Source: Candidatus Latescibacterota bacterium
Lineage (GTDB): Bacteria > Latescibacterota > UBA2968 > GCA-2709665
Reading direction: 5' to 3'
Length of the DNA stretch: 64,000 nucleotides
NCBI GenBank assembly: GCA_965226795.1
Contig: CBDDDZ010000005.1
Span: 128,001-192,000, forward strand
Part shown: one piece after another, positions 58,893 to 64,000 of the stretch
Numbering within the stretch: the stretch's first letter is position 1
How the letters are laid out: every line of letters starts with the position of its first letter
Notes under the pieces: model-generated
Database searches by the model: none
What the model was told of the DNA's origin: nothing
Seen by the model: the letters and a program-made list of their open reading frames with translations, nothing else
Translations under genes and position numbers: made by a program

Positions 58893-61142
58893 TCAAAACC
58901 CGAATCCGATTGCTGCATTAATCTTGATATCCTTTTTTTGATTGCTCACGATGTCGACGCGAATAGGGCCCAAAAGCGATGTGTAGACATAACCCCCGAT
59001 TCCAAAACCGTGGATAGGGGTATATGCCCGCTCGGGATTCGAGTTCATGTCGTATAGACCGCCCTGATAGAAAATCCTGATACCACTGCGTGGCAGGGAT
59101 TCCCAGAATTTAACGTGCTTCGATATAGATATGCCGACCGATGCGAACCTGGAAACCCTCAATTCATCGCGTTTGAGACCGACCACCGGCAGTGCCGCGC
59201 TACTGAAGTGTCCTGCACCACCCAATGTAAAGTATTCAAAAACCGGTGCAGGCAGTGTCACATAGCCTCCGTAGGACCAGAGGCCAACACTCAATCGCGA
59301 ATGGGGACTGGCGAAGTACGCGAGTTGCGTTTGAATTTGCTTATGTGAAAACGTCCGATGAATCCATTTTGCCCGTGTTTGAAAATAGATGCCCCGCTTT
59401 GGCAATAGCGCATCGTCTCGTGTGTCAACACCTGCAGACAACCAGAAGCCGGGCAGATATTCGGACGCATCGCCTATCGAACGGGCCGCATAGCGGATAC
59501 GGGCATGCTCCACCTGGTACCCAACCTCGAAACCACCCCAACTGTGGAACAATGCCTGCATTCCAAGTCGTGCGCGAAAACGTCTTTCCTCGTACCCGCC
59601 CTCGCGTTGCCGATCTCGAAAATACAACCGCTCCTGATCCCAACCCTGAACATCCCCCAGCAGACCAAGGCGCCTGGAAGACCGGAAAATCAGGACCATT
59701 TCGCCGAAATTCAAATTGCCCACCAGGCCGCGTAAATAGAGCTCTGATATGCGGCCAAGTGTATTCTGATGCGCAATCTCGCCCAGTACCGAAACCCGGT
59801 AATCGTTGTTGTAATGAAGCCCCACTTTCAACTCGCTGGGGGGGTTTTCGAGCACGTGAAAGACCAATTCGGTCTGGCCTTCATTATAGTTCACATGGTA
59901 ATCCACGGTCTGAAACAGTCCAGTCGAATACAACCGGCCGGATTCGCGTTCCAGTTCCTGAAACGATATAGGCTTATTGACGAACTTTTCCAGCCGCAGC
60001 CTGAATAACGCTTTTGAATAACGTTTTAGACCGTCTATCCGAACCCGGGAAATTACAATATCCGGCGGTATATCCGCCCAGGTCGTGACATCGAACTCAT
60101 CTGGTAATTTGGATGTTCTCGGCTTTCCGACGCGTTTTTGAAGCCCAAGCGTCCGCAATGCGCTCCAGATCGCATCCATATGTTTTTCGGTTTCACGCTC
60201 GCCGATCGGAATCAGGGTGTAAGACCGATTGAAATCGCTTGCATCGAATTTTTCCAAGTCGGGCAATATCAACATGTTGGAGCGTTTTCGGTTGGCGATT
60301 TTTCTTTCTTCGATTCGAAAACTGATAGCTTGATCGATGACGTCGATAATATCCTCAACTTCGTGTTTTTGAGTACGCAGGGGCGTGGCGCAATCCACGG
60401 CAATAACAAAATCAGCGCCGGCGTCCAATGCGACATCCACAGGCAGATTATTTACAATGCCGCCGTCTACAAGATGGGTATGTTCCGTACTCATTGGCGC
60501 GAACACCCCCGGAACAGAAATACTGGCCCTGATCGCAGCACCGAGAGAGCCATTATCGAGTACGACCTGTTCTCCCGAAAGAATATCTGTTGCAATTGCG
60601 CGGAAAGGCGTTGGAAGTCGATCAAAATCGTTTTGCGCCCTATAGGTCGCGCCGAGGGTCAATTGATTGAGAAAATGATGAATCTTCTGTCCGGCAAAAA
60701 TCCCATACGGCAACTTAAGTTTCAGTTCTTCGAGGTGCAATGCAAGCATCTGTCGATCTGCCATCGGTTTTCTATTCATATTCGACAGACGACGGTCGGG
60801 GCTATTTGTGGTTATTTCCCACCAGTCTGTATCTACGATTATGCGTTCAAGGTTATCAACAGAATAGCCGGCAGCGTACAATCCTCCAACCAGAGCGCCA
60901 TAGCTCACCCCCACAACCAGATCGATGGGTACCCCCTCGCGCTCGAGTACGCGCAACACGCCGATATGTGCGCCTCCACGCGCGCCGCCTCCGCTGAGCA
61001 CGAGCGCGACACGGGGTTTCTGTTTTGCAAGAGCAGGAAGCGTGCTTAACATGGCAAAAACGAAACACGATATCAACACGCTCAGGACGAATGGGCGCTG
61101 AACTATCCCGCACTTTGTCGCGTGTATATTTCCGCCCGTCAT
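58893..61142 (-). CDS. patatin-POTRA-Omp85 protein (PlpD / type Vd-like)
   Basis: GGGARG, GVSYG, DGG; POTRA-like GLFQTV; beta-barrel ending in GFGF. Confidence 0.88.
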   Translation of the reverse strand: MTGGNIHATKCGIVQRPFVLSVLISCFVFAMLSTLPALAKQKPRVALVLSGGGARGGAHIGVLRVLEREGVPIDLVVGVSYGALVGGLYAAGYSVDNLERIIVDTDWWEITTNSPDRRLSNMNRKPMADRQMLALHLEELKLKLPYGIFAGQKIHHFLNQLTLGATYRAQNDFDRLPTPFRAIATDILSGEQVVLDNGSLGAAIRASISVPGVFAPMSTEHTHLVDGGIVNNLPVDVALDAGADFVIAVDCATPLRTQKHEVEDIIDVIDQAISFRIEERKIANRKRSNMLILPDLEKFDASDFNRSYTLIPIGERETEKHMDAIWSALRTLGLQKRVGKPRTSKLPDEFDVTTWADIPPDIVISRVRIDGLKRYSKALFRLRLEKFVNKPISFQELERESGRLYSTGLFQTVDYHVNYNEGQTELVFHVLENPPSELKVGLHYNNDYRVSVLGEIAHQNTLGRISELYLRGLVGNLNFGEMVLIFRSSRRLGLLGDVQGWDQERLYFRDRQREGGYEERRFRARLGMQALFHSWGGFEVGYQVEHARIRYAARSIGDASEYLPGFWLSAGVDTRDDALLPKRGIYFQTRAKWIHRTFSHKQIQTQLAYFASPHSRLSVGLWSYGGYVTLPAPVFEYFTLGGAGHFSSAALPVVGLKRDELRVSRFASVGISISKHVKFWESLPRSGIRIFYQGGLYDMNSNPERAYTPIHGFGIGGYVYTSLLGPIRVDIVSNQKKDIKINAAIGFGF

Positions 61143-62975
61143 CCGGTTTCCTGCATTGGATGGATTCGACCGCTTTTTGGGTCACACATCGCAACAACCG
61201 ATCTGAATGATTCAGCGCGCAATTATGTGGCGTGGGCCTTCAGTGTGTGGGCGTGCCACCGGACAACGGCCGCTCCAGCCAACCTGCCGGGCATCGGACG
61301 CAGAAAGGCAGGAAACGACCGGGTTGGGGACGTTGGCAACGAGACCTTCAAAGCCTTTGATTCAGACCGTCGTAAGGAGGACTTGGCTGGCAAGGAGAAC
61401 GAAACGTGATAGATCGCTGAGCGGGCCTCCGGAAAAGGCAAAGTGAGAGCCGGGCGACCGGCATGCACCTGATACCTCCGGAGAAGATTCGGAAACTGCC
61501 CAGGATGTCGGGGATTGCCTCTGTCTTCGTTGAAACGGACGAGGCTCCAATGTTTACTGGATACATCAATCCATTGAAGGAAACTGTATCCGCAACCATG
61601 GGAGCCTATGACGAAGAAGGTACCATCGAATTTCCGTGAAGTCAAGTTGAACAGGAACGCCGGTTCAACCACTGGTAAGGTCCCTGAGGAATAGGCAAGA
61701 GACGTTGTCGCTCGCGTGCTCAGAGGTATTGCCACGCGCCCCTACGCGCGCTACATTACTCTCCAATTCCAAGAATGGAGTTGACTTATCAATATAGGCA
61801 CAGGGGTTGGCGGAATTCGGGTGGCTGCCACCCATTCCCCTTGCTTGGAAAGCCGCCCGACTGATAACGTACCTTGTCGAACGCAAGCGCCAGGCAAATA
61901 TCATGCGGGGTGAACCGGGTGCCTTTATCTGCCACTCCGCCACGGTTCAGGCGCACAAAAGCTGTCGCGTAAACGATAAACGAAGTCCGACATAATTAGC
62001 AGCAGATAGAATCACGTAAAAACGTCTATGATGTCAAGGCTGAAAGCTTGTCCTATTGTGCAAGATTTGCCCTGGATTCCACTTTCTTGCGATTTATGTT
62101 CGAATCGTCTCGATCTCTCGTTTGGTAGACCGTACCAACGGTCGACAGATTCGCAAAACCGCTTCAAATTGTGCATCGTCGCCAAATTCACGGGTAGACA
62201 CAAACAGCCCACTGTTACCCGACCTGGGTCCACCGGTAGGATTTCGGATATCGGGGGCTCCCATCTTGCCTCACCTATCCTTCACTTCTACTCCGATGCG
62301 GGTTTCTGAATGTTCGTGCACGTCAGGTCCCACCTCTTGTCCATCCTCCTCTATTTCTTCCGGGGTAAAACGGATAGGATGGAGCGGCGCGGACTAACTC
62401 CCGGTTGGACCCGGTCTTCAGTCCTGGCGGCGGATTCGACGATCGCCTATCGACTTCATTCAATCGGGCCGGATTTATCGCAGGACCCCGGACCTATCTT
62501 CAGGAGGTAAGATATGTTAAATCTGGCGTTGTACAGAAATGGCAGCCGGCCGTACGTGAGCAGCATTTCGTACAACCACCACGCGTCCAGGATCAACGAT
62601 GGAACCAGGCCGGACGAGCAGGCCTCCACGAGCGATACGGCCTGGGCTTCGGCGTCGGAACGATTGCCGCAGTGGGCGGCGGTTGTGTTTCCGAGGTTCG
62701 CCCGGGTTGACCGGGTAGTGATATACTGGGGCAAAGGACGTTTGCCCGAGTCCTCCCGCAGGGTCGAAGTCCAGGGCAGGGTTGACGGCGCCTGGGTCGC
62801 CATCGCGGCGGTGAACATCCCGAAGCCCGAGCCGGAGACGGTATCGGTTTTTGATCCCGTACAGGTCGAGGCGGTACGGATATGGCAGAACGCGGACGGA
62901 GGCCCGGAATCAACACCGGGCCGGATACATGTCGCGCAATTAGAGGCATACGGCTCGTTTGTGGAAGGTCCAGCG

Positions 62976-64000
62976 GTGGATTTTCAGAGAATCCGGGATG
63001 CACTGCGAGAGGAATGGGAGCGCAATTACCGGGAGGCGCGGCGGGAGATCACCCGGGAGGTATTGCAACGGATCGATCGGTCTCCATTGGAACGCCAGCG
63101 GGTCGGGCCGGTGAGAGCGGAAGAAATCGCGCGGGCACGGCGGAACCGGGCTTCGACCGCGTGGGGCAGGACGCAGGCGGAGAAGATCCTGAAGGACGCG
63201 TCGTGGTGGCTGGACAAAGACGATGAGTTCATCTACGGGATGATACCCACACAGAATCCGCGAGCGATTTCACCGAGCTATGAGCGGGGTTGTCCGATCC
63301 ACGGCGGGGGGCGCAAATGCATGCGGACGAATACGGCGCTGAAGTACAGCTGGCAGTGCGCAATCGGAGGAGAGCGGTGGTACAACGGGGCGGTTGTACA
63401 CAATCCGGCAACGGGAGAGCGGGTGGAGGTGTGGGACGACGACGATGGTTGGATAGCGCCCGAGGGATTCGCCAACCCCGGTACGACCTACCACTTCAAT
63501 TCCGCGTGGCGATACTACGCACTCTCAAGGTTGTTTTTTCATCCCTACGAGCAGACGATCCCGTCTCCGGATGCCTATACGGGCGACACGGCCATCGTAC
63601 AGTTATCCCGCGCCTATGCAATAACAGGAGACGAGCGGTACGCGCACAGGGTCGGTGTCATGCTGAACCGGCTGGCGGAGGTCTACCGGTTCTTCAATGG
63701 AACGGTGGACGAGCAACGTCCGCTGACACGGGGGTATCTGGTGCAGGTGAGTTGGGAGGAGATGCCCATATACAACTGTATGGCGGCGTACGACCTGGTG
63801 ATGGACTCGATGTTGAAAGACGAAGCGCTTCTGGCATTCTTCAAGTCGAAGGGCAACTGCGACTACAACCGGGACGGGCGGGAGGATTTCGAAGGCATCC
63901 GGCACAATATCCGGCACAATCTGTTTGGCTATATGTATGAGTGGCTGCACCGGGCCATGGCGATCCAGAAGGGGGACTATATCATTCGGGAGGGGATGGT
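62976..64000 (+). CDS. heparinase II/III-like polysaccharide lyase (partial, runs off the window)
   Basis: not in the ORF track; open frame from GTG 62976: MDFQRIRD...GCPIHG...DDDDGW...LSRAYAITGDERYAHRVGVML. Confidence 0.65.
   Translation, partial: MDFQRIRDALREEWERNYREARREITREVLQRIDRSPLERQRVGPVRAEEIARARRNRASTAWGRTQAEKILKDASWWLDKDDEFIYGMIPTQNPRAISPSYERGCPIHGGGRKCMRTNTALKYSWQCAIGGERWYNGAVVHNPATGERVEVWDDDDGWIAPEGFANPGTTYHFNSAWRYYALSRLFFHPYEQTIPSPDAYTGDTAIVQLSRAYAITGDERYAHRVGVMLNRLAEVYRFFNGTVDEQRPLTRGYLVQVSWEEMPIYNCMAAYDLVMDSMLKDEALLAFFKSKGNCDYNRDGREDFEGIRHNIRHNLFGYMYEWLHRAMAIQKGDYIIREGM

Overview
GC-rich, REP/MITE-rich bacterial chromosome segment. Its gene content (many Gfo/Idh/MocA oxidoreductases, a heparinase-like lyase, Omp85 proteins, GlmL) suggests an uncultured diderm such as Latescibacterota or Gemmatimonadota, but this is inference only. 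From left to right: a housekeeping block on the - strand (ndk, an inserted PD-(D/E)XK nuclease, yceD-rpmF-fabH-fabD-fabG-acpP-fabF-rnc-lipoate ligase-glmL-like), notably lacking plsX; a penicillin-acylase family gene, PhzF and a GATase; a visibly AT-richer defence island (~19.9-29 kb) with an m6A MTase + MORC/GHKL-histidine kinase + receiver-like protein + unknown protein operon, a HEPN/Zn-ribbon protein, an m4C-type MTase and a deleted restriction gene; then the highlight, a co-oriented four-gene cluster (fatty acyl reductase, atypical acyltransferase, eukaryote-type alkyl-DHAP synthase, DHRS7B-like reductase) that mirrors the whole peroxisomal ether-lipid pathway. After that come bioAD, catabolic genes, a PGI-like gene, malate synthase G, a three-subunit Mo-hydroxylase, and an Omp85/patatin/DUF4956 cluster. 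A ~200-220 nt structured repeat with compensatory base changes occurs four times. No rRNA, tRNA, CRISPR array or transposase was seen. All family calls come from motif recognition, not database searches.
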